Source: Octopus sinensis
Taxonomy: Eukaryota
Length of the DNA stretch: 64,000 nt
Direction: 5' to 3'
NCBI RefSeq assembly: GCF_006345805.1
Contig: NC_043018.1
Span: forward strand, 496,001 to 560,000
Shown here: piece after piece, positions 1 through 14,300 of the stretch
How the letters are laid out: each line of letters opens with the position of its first letter
Numbering within the stretch: position 1 is the first letter of the stretch
Program-made: the position numbers and the translations under genes
The notes under the pieces: model-generated
The model's input: only the letters and a program-made list of their open reading frames with translations
What the model was told of the DNA's origin: nothing
The model's database searches: none

Positions 1-290
1 GTCCGGTGTGAGAGATGTCATAGTAGAATATATACGCAGCAAGTTTAGTTGGGCTGGACACGTCGCCCGGCTCACTGATAATCGGTGGCCCCTCGCAGTT
101 ATCGAGTGGTACCCGCGAGAGCGGAAACGACGACTCAGAAGTCCTCCACGACGGTGGAATTATGATTTTAGGAGGGCGATTGGGACCACGTGAATGAGGA
201 GGGCGCGATCCAGAGAGGAGTGGACAGCGTGCTGTGACCAGCTGCGTCAAATAGACGCCCGACGGACTGGTCGATCAAGGAGTAAAGGTG
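1..290 (+). mobile_element. 3' end fragment of an RTE-type non-LTR retrotransposon (LINE)
   Basis: ORF 8..193 reads SKFSWAGHVARLTDNRWPLAVIEWYPRERKRRLRSPPRRW, matching the WAGHxxR..DxRW..W.P...R..GRP..RW C-terminal pattern that follows the RT domain in RTE-type LINEs. It is GC-richer than its flank and is cut by the window start. Confidence 0.8.
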
Positions 291-1711
291 TGTATGAGAG
301 GTAATCTTTGTAAGCACATATACTGTGTAAATCATATAATTCAAGGATGTTAATTACCAGAGACTACCCGTAACATATAGCTCATTCTATATATGTCTTA
401 GAATTTTACGTTAAATTTATATTTCAGTGAAATAGAACAGAAAAAATAAAGAAAAATTATTTTAATACATCTTTGCAGTATACATTCTGGATATGAAAAT
501 CTTACTATATTTTGGTGTGTAGTTGTATACCTGTGTATTTGCACCTGTGTGTAAGGGAATATACATATATGTGTGTATGTATAGATTTCGTGATAAATGG
601 TCTTAATCATAATCTCTGTTTATTACTTGTAGAATCCTGCAGATATTTCAATTTATGTGTTAAAAATTCAGAAGCGTTTAAATAAATTGTCTATTCCTGT
701 GAAATATCACAGCTGTTATCGCACTCATTTATAGATATTGCCACCTACTTGTCTTTTCTGGCTTTAAATATGTGTGAAAACTTCAAAATACTATGTAGAG
801 AGAATCATACAAGTCTCGCTTAGGTCGAAGAGGTGGCAATAAGAATTCTTGTGGAATAAATCTGAAATAGATATTTCAGACATTTATTGAATACTTATAG
901 CGTCTGAGTTTCTTTCATTATATATTCTTTTACAGTCTTATAACTAACGTTTCATTCGTTGTATAAAGCTTTACTGAATATCCTTTATAAGCTCGGTTTA
1001 GTTAACTATCACTACTAATCTTTCAATTAATATTCCTCAAAAGATAACATTAATTAAACTTCTGATACGTTCAAATCGCAAAATAAACTTGAGACGTGTT
1101 CATTAATTTCATAGAATACGCATAGGTTTCAATTAAAAGGATTTCAAAATAGATTGGTAACAGCTATAGAAAAATGCCTGACGAATCATCATGTACAAAA
1201 GCTTTTAAGTACACAAGAGCATATTTATCATACAGCACAAAACTTTTGGTATTAACAGATGAAACACAAGTTCGTGCCACGCTTCTGAAAGAAAACGGCT
1301 GTTTTTATCTCACAATTTCCATCAAATTGTATTATAACTACGCAGCTGTAATAAATACACATTTATCAGAGATTAACCATCTATGTACCATATCAAAATA
1401 ATTAACGAGAACTATTAAGATGCTTACTGTTAAACTAAACATGGCCTTGATCAATGATGGGGCAATCTTATCTAAGTATCTAAGTACACTTGCCGTAAGT
1501 TAAGTGCTGGAATCCTAACTCAGTAGCACAGATTGAAATTATTTCATACGATGTAAATATCTCTATTTTACCATAGCGAATATAGATGCAAGGTGAAAAT
1601 TCTTTACGTTTGCGGTGCAGGGTGGATTAAATAAATTGTACACAAATACATTTTTGTTCCAGAATTGAGGAATGAAAGAATATGGTGAAAAGAATCTTTA
1701 TAACTGTATCT

Positions 1712-2048
1712 AAAATGTGAAAATACACAATAATGCAGTAAGTGGAAGCTCTTCGGCATATAAAAGAGAAACTGAATGGCAAACAGCTTCACTGGTTATA
1801 AGCCGATGAGAATAAAAATTTTAATTAGGTACAACCATACTTTCACGAGAGTACATCTCTTGCTTTTAAACATATATGATATATATTAAACTTCCCTCCC
1901 TGCAAAATCTCTGTAATATAATATATGATCAGCGTAGCACAATATTGATCCCAAATTTTGACACAAGGCCAGTGATTTCAGAAAAGGGATAAAATTTGAA
2001 TTCAAAACGTAAGGACGTGCAAATTGCAGCGAATAATTTTGCTCAACA
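1712..2048 (+). repeat. Diverged direct duplication, copy 1 (partner 4024-4378)
   Basis: Shared blocks such as ttataagccgatgagaataaa, gtacatctcttg, atatatgatcagcgtagcacaatattgat and caaattttgacacaag occur in the same order in both copies. Confidence 0.85.
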
Positions 2049-2355
2049 TGCTTGCTATTCTCTCCATACGCCGCGATATCGTAGCATACTAGTGAACCTT
2101 ATTTTATATATTATATGATTTTATCACTTTATGATGTACACACATACCTATACGTTTATATTTTACTTACCCTCTACCATTCGGTATACAAAACAACATT
2201 ATGGTGTTATAAATATAGATGATTTAATAGAAATGATCCATGCCTAACAGCGAATTGCATTGTTTAATTCGGTGTTACGTAAGTATAAGCTTAACCGTTT
2301 CTAGCAAAACTGGAATATGTATGCATCGAATTGTTCATTCTTCTGACTGCTTAGA

Positions 2356-2361
2356 TATTAT

Positions 2362-2419
<58 letters not shown>

Positions 2420-2872
2420 TATATATATATGAATATATATATTATATAATATATATATATATGAATATATATATATAGATATATATTCATATATATATAT
2501 ATATATATTCTATATATATATATATATAATTCATATATATATATATAATATATATTCATATATATATATATAATATTCATATATATATATATTCATATAT
2601 ATATATATATATATTCATATATATATATATAATATATAATATATATATTATATATTCATATATTATATATATTCAATATATATATATATATATATTATTC
2701 ATATATATATATATATTCATATATAATATATATATATTCATATTATATATATATATTCATAATATATATATAATATATTCATATATAATATATATATATA
2801 TATTCATATATATATATATATATATTCATATTATATATATATTCATATATATTATTCATATATATATATATA

Positions 2873-2911
<39 letters not shown>

Positions 2912-3191
2912 TTATATATATATATATTTATATATATATATATATATATATTCATATATATATATATTCATATATATATATATCATATATATATATATAT
3001 ATATATAATATATTCTATATATATATATTCATATATAATATATATATAATATATATATATATATTCATATATATATTCATATATATATAATATATATATA
3101 TATATTATATATATATATATATATATTCATATATATATATATTCATATATATATATATTCATATATATATATATTCATATATATATATATA

Positions 3192-3227
<36 letters not shown>

Positions 3228-3366
3228 TATATATATATATATTCATATATATATATATATATATATTCATATATATATATAATATATATTCATATATATA
3301 TATATATATATATATCATATATATAAATATTCATATATATCTATATATATGTGTGTGTGTGTGTGT
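2356..3366. repeat. About 1 kb (TA)n microsatellite with recurrent attc interruptions, ending in (TG)n
   Basis: Read directly from the sequence. Confidence 0.95.
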
Positions 3367-4023
3367 GCTACATGCGCAGAAAATAGTAATCCTTTGTGAA
3401 GGATTACTGTTTCCTGCGCCAAAATGAACTCTCATAAATGCATTAAATGCATTCATAATATCGCCCATCATCTCAATGTTTGTCACATTTACCTCCGTAC
3501 ACAAATAGATCCACTAATTATGTATTTTAATTCAATTACAAAATAGGCGTTATCGTGTCGCAGAAGCTACACATGTTCACTCGGTATTCACTTCCGACAA
3601 TATTATTTCTTCTTTTGACTATCACTCTCAGACTCTGTCAATTCATTAACTTCAAATTATTTTCGCGATTTAATCTACTGAATAGTCTTATAATTTGTAT
3701 TTGCGTTCATAATCCACCTATTTGTTAGGATTAAGTTTTAAATAAAAACGTCTTATAAAACAAACGTACATGTTTTTCTTTCTTTGTCACTGGAATAAAT
3801 CTATCATTTAATTCAATATTGGTGTCAAATTCATTTTCATTATTATACTAAAGGAGGCCGTTGAATCGGCAGATTTGTAAAAGCAACGAAAATCTTTATT
3901 CATGGAGATCTGGCAGAATTATTAGCACTTTCCTTTTGACACCGAGCTGTCTAAATTCAAACTCCACCGAGATCGGTTTTGCTCGACGTCATTTCGGTAT
4001 CCATATAAACCTATTGATTGTGA

Positions 4024-4378
4024 TAATGTTAAAATACACAATACTGCAGTCTGCAGTAGGTGGAAGGTCTTCGATATATAAAAGGGAGACTGAATGGTAA
4101 ACAGCTTCAGTCGTTATAAGCCGATGAGAATAAATATTTAAATTCGGCACAACCATACATTCACGATAGTACATCTCTTGATTTTAAACATATATGGCAT
4201 AAATAAACTTCCCTGCAAAATCCCTGTAAAACAATATATGATCAGCGTAGCACAATATTGATTTCAAATTTTGACACAAGTTTAGTTATTTCAGGAAATG
4301 GATGAAATTTGAACTCATAACGTTAAGACGTTCTGAATTGAAATTTAGCTACGAAATGCAGCTAAACATTTTGCTCAA
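4024..4378 (+). repeat. Diverged direct duplication, copy 2 (partner 1712-2048)
   Basis: Same ordered blocks as copy 1, with many substitutions. Confidence 0.85.
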
Positions 4379-4734
4379 ATTGCCATCAACTTGCACTCTC
4401 CCTAAAGTTGTTAGCTTTGTACCAGAATTTGAAACCGCTAAGCAGATGATGCTTAATCCAGTACAAAATATGTCTGGCGTTATAGTTTGCTTTATTTATC
4501 ACCAATAAACACCATTAAATTTCTATGTTTGAATAAAACATTTACTTTACAAGGGATAAGGTTTCTAATATTACATATGTTCCATTACTTCTTGAACGGA
4601 GATTATACATTATGTCACTTAAACAATTATAGAACCTCTTTACTAAAGCATTTTAAATTATTGTATTTAAGAGAACTTTGAAGCTTCGTGCTGCAAGAAT
4701 CTTTAGCAAGCAGGGCAAAATGGTAAGCGACATT

Positions 4735-4942
4735 TCGCTCTTCTTTGACTTTTGGTAAAAAAAAAAGGGTGGATTATTTAAGATTAATTTTATTCAACAT
4801 ATTCCCGTCACAGATTCACATAATTATTGTAGCGGTTCTTCAATGTTTTTCTAAGCCCTCGACAAGAATTCGGAAGTTTGGGCCTTCAATCAGGTCTTTT
4901 GTGATACCCATAAAGTGAGGAACTTTTCAGTACTCCCTCGTA
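4735..4942. mobile_element. Mariner-type MITE, decayed (same family as 26759-26982 and 38129-38353)
   Basis: Ends in ggaacttttcagtactccctcgta, a mariner-like TIR followed by TA. Internal ggtaaaa...caacatatt...cagattcaca is shared with the other two copies. Confidence 0.6.
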
Positions 4943-4944
4943 CG

Positions 4945-5440
4945 ATATAAATTCAAATTCCGCGGGCGGCGGTCGACTTTGCCTCTTATAATTTTGCAGT
5001 CGATAAAATAAAGGATCTTTTCGGTTTGAACGGCAGTTTTTTCTAGCGGTGTAATATAAAATTGTCACCCATAATTATGACCCTAGTATTGATTTATTGC
5101 ATTTCAATCTGTTTTAGGGTTAGGGGTATCATTTTTTTCCCAAATGTAAATAAACCCAATCTGTTTCTTAAACGAGGGACATATTCATACGGCACAGAAT
5201 GTTTATTACCTGAATAGACGTCATTGATTGGTGAAATTGCAGAAATTGAAGAAAAAAACAACAAATATCTTACAAACTCTAGAATTGTCTCAATAAAGCC
5301 AAGAGAAAAATATGTTTTATAAACACATTCTACCAGTATATGAAGTTTTATATTTTTAGTTACCTAGAAATTATGTTAAAACTGCCATTCAAACCGAAAA
5401 GATCCAAAATAAATACTAGTTGATAACTGATGTCGAAGAA
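4945..5440 (+). mobile_element. SINE family A remnant split by the MITE at 5013-5405
   Basis: ttcaaattccgcg...ggtcgactttgcct...gtcgataaaataaa precedes the MITE and tactagtt follows it, matching the family A pattern gtcgataaattaagtaccagtt. Confidence 0.6.
5013..5405. mobile_element. MITE with 28-bp TIRs and 8-bp TSD, copy 1
   Basis: Left TIR GGATCTTTTCGGTTTGAACGGCAGTTTT (5013) and right TIR AAAACTGCCATTCAAACCGAAAAGATCC (ends 5405), one mismatch. AAAATAAA is duplicated at 5005-5012 and 5406-5413. A second copy lies at 56635-57056. Confidence 0.9.
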
Positions 5441-5905
5441 GGCGACTAACGCCTCGAAATTGCTTTTCTTGCATCAAAATTTGAAATCAATGTTAAAGGT
5501 ACCATTTATTGTATCACCTATGCAATTTATTTTTAGCATAATTGTTTAAAATATTTAAGATGACAAACATTATTTTTGCTACTCCAGGGTTATATGAAGA
5601 AATTGCTTAACATTTTGAGCGGCTTCGTACGTTTAATATATTAGTAAATATAAAAAAATATTGGTTAGGCTAACAAATAAATGCCAAAAACAATTATTTG
5701 CAATAAAAATTATTACGTGGCAAATATTTTATCAAAATCAGCCAAGCTAAATCATTTTTTAAACATGTAACATTAAATGAAACATAAATTTTATGATTGA
5801 AGGGAGAATTCGAATTCCAATTAACATAGACGTGTTTCCTAAAATGTCCTACAATTTTGGAGATACTTTCTGGCTGACAAAGTGGCATAAGCCTCTAGCC
5901 TATAT

Positions 5906-5962
5906 ACCCGTATCATGAGTTCGAATTTTGGTGCAGACCACTTTTATTCTCATCAGCAGCTC
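5906..5962 (-). ncRNA. Decayed type I hammerhead-like motif
   Basis: Minus strand reads gagctg CTGATGA GAAT...ATTC GAAC tcatga TA cgggt. The CUGAUGA core and 4-bp stem II are intact and the stem III region TCATGA is palindromic, but GAAA is mutated to GAAC and stem I is only partly paired. Confidence 0.4.
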
Positions 5963-6002
5963 TTAACACCTATAAATATTGCCTACTTGCTATTAATTTG
6001 TT

Positions 6003-6810
<808 letters not shown>

Positions 6811-8239
6811 ATGTGTGAGAAGGTCTGTGAGTATGTGCATATCTATCGACACACACATAAAATGCACTCTACAGTTTGTTATTTCGACATGAATATTCTT
6901 CTATCGAAAACCTTTAAACTACCGCATTTCAAGTAATATATTTGATCCGGTCATTATTCCCATTTTTCACAGATATGATGGAACAATCCAAGATTTCCCG
7001 ATAGTGGCATGTATTATTTGAAAGGTGAAGAATGTAACTAAAACATAGGTTAGGTTTGCTGAACTGGGACATTTCCGCTCTAACAGTAAAATTCCTGCTA
7101 ATTTGTGATTTCTCTGAAAATTCCTTCCATTGCTGTCAGCAATTACATGCCGCTAACTGAAATGGAAATGCGTTCAATAAACATGTACGTACGTCCTTGG
7201 AATGGTATATCTTTGCATCTATACAATATGCATCTGAGTACAAATACATGCACACACTCGCAAACACTACACATGCACACTCACACACACACCTACACGC
7301 ACACAACCCACACATATATATAGACCTACTCATGCAAGTACTTCGTTGATTCAATAATACATATAAACATATATATATATATCTAGCTATCTATCTTTAT
7401 ATATATATATATATATATATCATATATATATATATATATATGCACATACATAATATGTGGTGTCAGGTGTCTTGATCGTTTCAGAATGGGTAGAGATAGT
7501 GGAAAAATCTTATAAGGATACGCATTTCAGCACATGTATGCATATGCCGATACATAATACTGTACATGTGTACGTATTTATCAATTCATATAAATATAAT
7601 ATATAATATGTGCGTGTGTATGTGTATGCACAGATATATGTAAGTGTGTATATTATATTTGTGTGCTTATCTACATAACTAGAAAGACTCACACACTCGA
7701 TTAAGTATGCACACACAAATACACTCGCAAACACACATAAGTAGATAAAGATATACACATGAAAAAATACAAAATATTCACATATACACATATATATACT
7801 TAACGAGATGAGTTCAGCCAATCAATGAGCTGTCATATTGCTCATAGGAAATCAATCCTTTTTACTATCCTTTTAAAGATAATATAATATTGGTAATCAA
7901 TGACGTCAATCACCAAAGTTGTCAGTTGTTTACTTTAGTTGCAGATAATCTCTATGAATTCCTGTGAAACCTTCAATTGACTGACTAATACAGGTGAAAT
8001 AAGCAGCGCGGTTTGTTAAGAAGATATTCTAAAGAATCTGTTTCTCTCTTCGTCTTCATTTTCGACACAATTCTGTTTCATAAAGAATTTTCATACAACT
8101 GATTGAACATGTGCGTCTGTGCATGTAAGTATGTTTTGTATGCAGGCATATGCGAATGGATGTGTGAATGGGTGTACGTATACACGTATGCATGCATGTA
8201 TGTAAGTATCGATTCATGTAAGTATGGAGGTGCTTATAT

Positions 8240-8314
8240 ATATGCGTATAGTATATACATATATATGTATTATATCTATATATATTATATATTATATATA
8301 TATATGTATATACG

Positions 8315-8353
<39 letters not shown>

Positions 8354-8630
8354 AATATATATATGTATATATGTATATATATAAATATATATGTATATAT
8401 GTATATATATAAATATATATAATATTATCTATGTATATATATATATATATAAATATATATATATGTGTATAAATTATATATGTATATATGTATATATATA
8501 AATATATATATATATATATCTATGTATATATATTATATATAAATATATATATGTGTATATATATATATTTGTATATATGTATATAAATATATAAATACAT
8601 ATAAGTATACATATATATGTGTATATGTGC

Positions 8631-8670
<40 letters not shown>

Positions 8671-8758
8671 CTATATATTAATATCTGTCTATCAATACAG
8701 CTTTCCATCTTTTTCTCCCCCCTCTCTCTCCCTCTGTACATATATACACACACATACC

Positions 8759-8815
<57 letters not shown>

Positions 8816-8830
8816 ATATATACGCACATA
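8240..8830. repeat. (TA)n/(TATG)n microsatellite region
   Basis: Read directly from the sequence. Confidence 0.9.
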
Positions 8831-9127
8831 TATGAAGAGCAAAAGTAACAGGCAAAGACTCTGTGAGAAAGAAGTAGCCTGTTGTAGTGTAGTACATTTT
8901 GAACTCCATGCCTTGCTATAACGTATGCTTTCGTATCAACGCGTTTGTCGTTTCGATCACACGAAATATATGCGTTGAAATTTCTCAAGAGTAATAGCTT
9001 AGAAAGAAAACTTGCATTAATCTTCTTTCCTGTGTCTGTATTTATATACATACATATATATGCATGTGTGTATGGATATATACACATACTGAAACTAGAT
9101 GAAATAAAATAAATATTTATACATATA

Positions 9128-9514
9128 GGCGCAGGATTGGCTGTGTGGTAAGTAGTTTGCTAAGCAGCCACATGGTTCCGGGTTCAGTCCCACTGCGTGG
9201 CTTCTTGGGCAAGTGTCTTCTACTATAGCCCCGGGCCGACCAATGCCTTGTGAGTGGACTTGGTAGACGGAAACTGAAAGTAGCCTGTCGTATATATGTG
9301 TGTGTATGTGTTTGTGTGTCTGTGTTTGTCCCCCTGGCATTGCTTGACAACCGATGCTGGTGTGTTTACGTCCCCGTCACCTAGCGGTTCGGCAAAATAG
9401 ACCGATAGAATAAGTACTGGGCTTACAAAGAATAAGTCCCGGGGTCAATTTGCTTGACTAAAGGTGGTGCTGCAGTATGGCTGCAGTCAAATGACTGAAA
9501 CAAGTAAAAGAGTA
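9128..9514 (+). mobile_element. SINE family B (tRNA-like head, CORE-like body, internal (TA)(TG) tract, tail ending aagtaaaagag)
   Basis: Head ggcgcagga.tggctgtgtggtaag with B-box ggttcagtccc; CORE-like cttgggcaagtgtctt; at least 7 further copies or fragments in the window. Resemblance to the octopus CORE-SINE OR2 is from memory only. Confidence 0.9.
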
Positions 9515-9827
9515 ATATATGTGTGTGTGTTTGTGTACATAATGCACATATAATGTGTATATATGTATATATGTATATTTGTTTATATATTAAAAGTATT
9601 AATAAATACCACTACGAAGTTGCATAGCATTACCTTTATTTCTTTAATTTATATGCCGCCTTTTTTAAACCAACACTTGTTTCAATTGCACCAATTATTA
9701 ATCGTTGCAATTGCAACTCTGCTATATCTGTCGATTTGGCCGTTTAAAGATTTTTTATCTACTCTGCGTTGTATAATATAGAACTTTATTACACACATGT
9801 GAGTGAGAACACTTTGAGATATTTTTG

Positions 9828-10197
9828 GTATCTAACATATGTTAGATACTGCGAGCGCTGCTTCTGATTGGTCAATCCATGGTGATGACCTGAGGTCACG
9901 GTGACAGCGCTGCTTCTGATTGGTCAATTCATGGTGATGACCCGAGGTCACGGTGACGGCACTACTTTTGTCATTCATAAGTTACAACTAAACGTGAAGA
10001 ATTTAGTTATTGGGTTAATAAAATATGATCGTTTATTCGTGTGTAATAAATAAAATACCAAACTCATTCCCTATGGATACCGTATTTATTACAGCTCGTG
10101 GCTTGTAAACGTATCTAACTCGCTTTCGCTCGTTAGATACGTTTAAAAGCCACTCGTTGTAATAAATACGGTATTCATAGGGAACTCGTTTGGTATT
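9828..10197. mobile_element. Non-autonomous foldback DNA element: 22-bp palindrome, 2x52-bp repeat and 144-nt hairpin
   Basis: Perfect palindrome gtatctaacatatgttagatac at 9828-9849; tandem gcgctgcttctgattggtcaat...gaggtcacggtgac at 9855 and 9907; long imperfect hairpin at 10054-10197. Confidence 0.55.
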
Positions 10198-10654
10198 CTA
10201 TCTATCCGTTAAGTTAGACGCGAACAATCTCCATTTCAAGTTCTTGGATAATCATTTTTAGTGCATTATTTCAAAACCTGCTGTAGTTTAAATGATAATT
10301 ATTCATTTATACCAAGCAAATGTGAATTACCTCATATGCAATCACATCAATGTTTTTTCCTGTCTCAAATTTATTACATTACCCTTAGATGTGTGAATCT
10401 GGTAAATTTTTTTCTAAACTTATGTCACGTCTATTGGTTCCAGGTCTGTATGGATTTGCAGTACAAATTAACTCTCATTTGATAGTATACTCGTTGTTAC
10501 TGTCCTTAAAAGACCAGATTAATTTGATAAGACTTATTTGGGACCTTTTATTTTGTCTTTCATTAACCTGAAATGATTTTCCAGAGGTAAAGAAAAAGCT
10601 ATCCTTTCTATCTACAATCCCACATGCTTTCCTTGCCCAGGCGGCAAATATGTA

Positions 10655-11053
10655 TACTCTTTACTCTTTTACTCTTTTACTTGTTTCAGTCATTTGACTG
10701 CGGCCATGCTGGAGCACCGCCTTTAGTCGAGCAACTCGACCTCGGGACTTATTCTTTGTAAGCCCAGTACTTATTCTATCGGTCTCTTTTGCCGAACCGC
10801 TAGATGACGAGGACGTAAACACACCGGCATCCGTTGTCAAGCAATGCTAGGGGGGCAAAAACAGACACACGAACACACACATATACATATATATACATAT
10901 ATACGACAGGCTTCTTTCAGTTTCCGTCTACCAAATCCACTCACAAGGCATTGGTCGGCTTGGGGCTATAGCAGAAGACACTTGCCCAAGATGCAACGCA
11001 GTGGGACTGAACCCGGAACCATGTGGTTGGTAAGCACAGCCACTCCTGCGCCT
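10655..11053 (-). mobile_element. SINE family B
   Basis: Reverse complement of the 9128-9514 element, with a (TACTCTTT)n tail repeat at 10655 and a short deletion in the head. Confidence 0.9.
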
Positions 11054-11203
11054 ATATGTATATATTTAAATGTAAATAAACTTTTATTCATCTCGCTCGC
11101 TTTACAGTTATTTCGAATCAAACCAATTTGTTGATGTTTTTATTTGAACATCTATATTAAACAGATATGGAAGTTAATTTCACTGTCTTCTTCCCTGTCT
11201 ATT

Positions 11204-11235
<32 letters not shown>

Positions 11236-11299
11236 CCTCTCTCTTTCTATATATATATATATATATATATATTTATGTGTGTGTGTGTGTGTGTGTGTG

Positions 11300-12325
11300 T
11301 ACACGAGGGCTGCTCATTAAAGATGTCCCCTGACCCACTTCCCAAGCACTACATTTAACGAAACTTGACAGAATTGGTTTTCCTTCTATATATGCCCTCC
11401 ACCAATGGTGACGGACTTGCTTTGTAGGTTGCGTCTGGAGCCGAGACTTTACCTCGGAAATAAATTCATCTTCATCCAAAAAGTGCTTCGCCTTTAAAAA
11501 CGATTTCATGGTTGCAAAGAGGTGGAAGTCAGATGGTGCGAGGTCGGTAGATTAAAGGGGATGAGGAAGGCTTTCATAACCGCAGGAATTTGGATTCATC
11601 TCGGCAACACGAATATTACATACTAGAGCCTTGTCTTCAAGGAGGCAGACCCCTTTCTCAGCATGCCACTTTTCTCTGGTTTGATGGCGTTCCACAATTT
11701 CTGCAACAGTGAAGCATAATATGCCCCGTCAACTGCCAGGACATCCATCATCACTACTCCGCGCTGATCCCAAAAAAACTGTGAACATTACCTTACCTAC
11801 TGAAGGTTAGACAGAAGCCTTCTTTGAAGGTGGTGATTTATCCTGTTTCCATTGCTTCGTCTGGTCTTTTGACTCAGGATTATAGTGATGGACCCATATT
11901 TAATCCTGTGTGATAAGTCGGCCGAAAACGTTTTCCTCGTTTTCTTGGCACATTGCCAAAAGAGCCTGGAAACAATTGACTCGTTCTTGCTTCTGAAAAG
12001 GTGTGAGCATTCGGAGAATCCATTGTGTAGACACCTCGCGCATGTATAGAAATCGCTTGAATGATTTTTTTTTTCCACGGGCCCCACACATACCTTCATA
12101 TCATCGGCTAGTTGTCGAATAGATAGGCGGTGATACTCTAAAATAGCGGCTTCCATTTTATATATCGTCATTTTATGGTGTCGTCATCAGTGGTGGAATG
12201 TAGTCGTCCGAGAGCAGGAGCAGTTTCCATCTATGTCCTACCATATTTGAACTGGAGGTGACAGTGCTTGACTAGATCGTATGATGGTGCATCATCACCA
12301 TAAACTCATTTCCTCCCGCCGAAAG
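11300..12325 (-). mobile_element. Decayed mariner (Tc1/mariner) transposon with frameshifted transposase
   Basis: Fragments RLSIRQLADDM (HTH), EVSTQWILRMLTPFQKQERV (WVPR motif), RLITQD (first catalytic D) and MKSFLKAKHFLDEDEFISEV (C-terminal region). TIR-like tacacgagggc at 11300. Confidence 0.85.
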
Positions 12326-12327
12326 TC

Positions 12328-12757
12328 TCTTATTCTTTTACTCTTTTATACTTTTTTACGTGTTTCAGTCATTTGACTGCGGCCATGCTGGAGCACCGCC
12401 TTTAATCGAGCAACTCGACCCCGGGACTTATTCTTTTGTAAGTCCAGTACTTATTCTATCGGACTCTTTTGCCGAACCGCTAAGTGACGGGGACATAAAC
12501 ACACCAGCATCGGTTGTCAAGCAATGCTAGGGGGACAAACACAGAGATAAACACAGACACACAAACACACACATATATATGTATACATATATACGACGGG
12601 CTTCTTTCAGTTTCCGTCCACCACATCCACCCACAAGGCTTTGGTCGGCCCGAGGCTATAGTAGAAGACACTTGCCCAAGGTGCCACGCAGTGGGACTGA
12701 ACCCGGAACTATGTGGTTTGTAAACAAGCTACTTACTACACAGCCACTCCTGCGCCT
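12328..12757 (-). mobile_element. SINE family B, full length
   Basis: Full tail-to-head match to the other family B copies. Confidence 0.9.
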
Positions 12758-13376
12758 ATGTTCTTATATACGAATTTTCAAGTATAAAAATCTGATCACA
12801 ATAATGCGTTCAACTTCAAACCTGAGCGTTCGCTGTTGTAGAGTGTCGTTTATATCCTGATCAACAGCGATATATATTTTACAGGAGACGCAGTGTTCGA
12901 ACAGAACGAGTGCTTTTCTTATCTGTATTGCATTTTATCTTTTAATTGATATTTACAGTACATTACCTCGCCATTTTGTTAAATTAAATCATCGATGTTC
13001 GTTCTGTTGTGGTATATACGGTTTTTGCTTTTAATAACCTTAATTTAGATCTCTTAATTTTGTCTGCCAACGTTGTGTTCTCGCAGCTTTGTAATATTTA
13101 ACATAGTTATACAATTTGCAAGAGACGGAGTTTCTTTTTTTTTTTACTCTGCGTGCGCACCTGTGCTTATGTGTTCGTTTGTATGCGTGCGTACATGTGT
13201 TTCTGTGCATGCATGTGTGTTTCTCATTCTGAAAATATGTGTGTATATGTGAATATTGAAGCGTACCAACCTGTGCACCTCTCGCAGTACGTAAGTTTAC
13301 GAATACATAAACGTATTCTTGGTGTTTGTTATTTATACACAGAATATATCTAATACAATATATATATATATATATG

Positions 13377-13461
<85 letters not shown>

Positions 13462-13466
13462 ATGTG

Positions 13467-13499
<33 letters not shown>

Positions 13500-13502
13500 T
13501 AT

Positions 13503-13810
13503 ATCACCGTGATCACCGTGACCGACTAGGCTATCAGATGTCTCTACACATCGCTGGTCACAATGCGCTTCGCATTGTTTTAGCCTTCAAATCACGCCAC
13601 CCCGCTGGCTAAGCGAGCAGACCAACAGAAAAGTGAGAGAAAGTTGTGGCGAAAGAGTACAGCAGGGATCGCCACCATCCCCTGCCGGAGCCTCGTGGAG
13701 CTTTAGGCGTTTTCGCTCAATAAACACTCACAAGGCCTGGTCCGGGAATCGAAACCGCGATCCTCCGACCACGAGTCCGCTGCTTAACCACTGGGCAATT
13801 GCGCCTCCAC
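13503..13810 (-). mobile_element. SINE family C, tail type C1 (tRNA-like head)
   Basis: On the minus strand the head reads gtggaggcgcaattgcccagtggttaagcagcggactc...ggtttcgattccc (A/B boxes) and the 3' end gtcggtcacggtgatcacggtgat. Also present at 28370 and 53142. Confidence 0.9.
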
Positions 13811-13835
13811 ATGTATGTATATATACTCTTTTAAT

Positions 13836-14090
13836 CTTTTACTTGTTTCAGTCATTTGACTGCTGCCATGCTGGAGCACCGTCTCTGCTCGAGTAAATCG
13901 ACTTCAGGTAGCCCAGGACTTATATTTTGGAAGCCTAGTATTTATTCTATCAGTTTCTTTTGCCGAACCGCTAAAGTAAACACCACCATCTGTTGTCAAG
14001 CGAAGTTGTGGGGGGAGCAAACACAGACACATAAACATATACACACACACATACATACATATATACATACATACACAAACACACACACAG
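13836..14090 (-). mobile_element. SINE family B, tail half
   Basis: ttacttgtttcagtcatttgactgctgccatgctggagcaccg...gccgaaccgctaa, joined to a (CA)n tract. Confidence 0.75.
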
Positions 14091-14254
14091 ACACACACAT
14101 ATATATATATACATATATGCACACACATGCAGACAAAAATCATACAAACACACTCGCACAAGACACTGGCTCTGTGTATCAGAAAATGTGCGTATGATTT
14201 CACGAGAATATTTGTCTCTATAAGAAAAATCTTTAGACGAGCTCGAGACGGAAA

Positions 14255-14257
14255 TAG

Positions 14258-14300
<43 letters not shown>

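Noticed and set aside
9128-9200. tRNA-like sequences at SINE heads (families A, B and C)
   Set aside because: A/B boxes are present but there is no full cloverleaf, and each is fused to a repeated body with TSDs. These are SINE heads, not tRNA genes.
12180-12195. Minus-strand CTGATGA within the mariner remnant, and isolated CTGANGA matches near 1187, 14730 and 62885
   Set aside because: No matching stem I, II and III arrangement; these are chance 7-mers.
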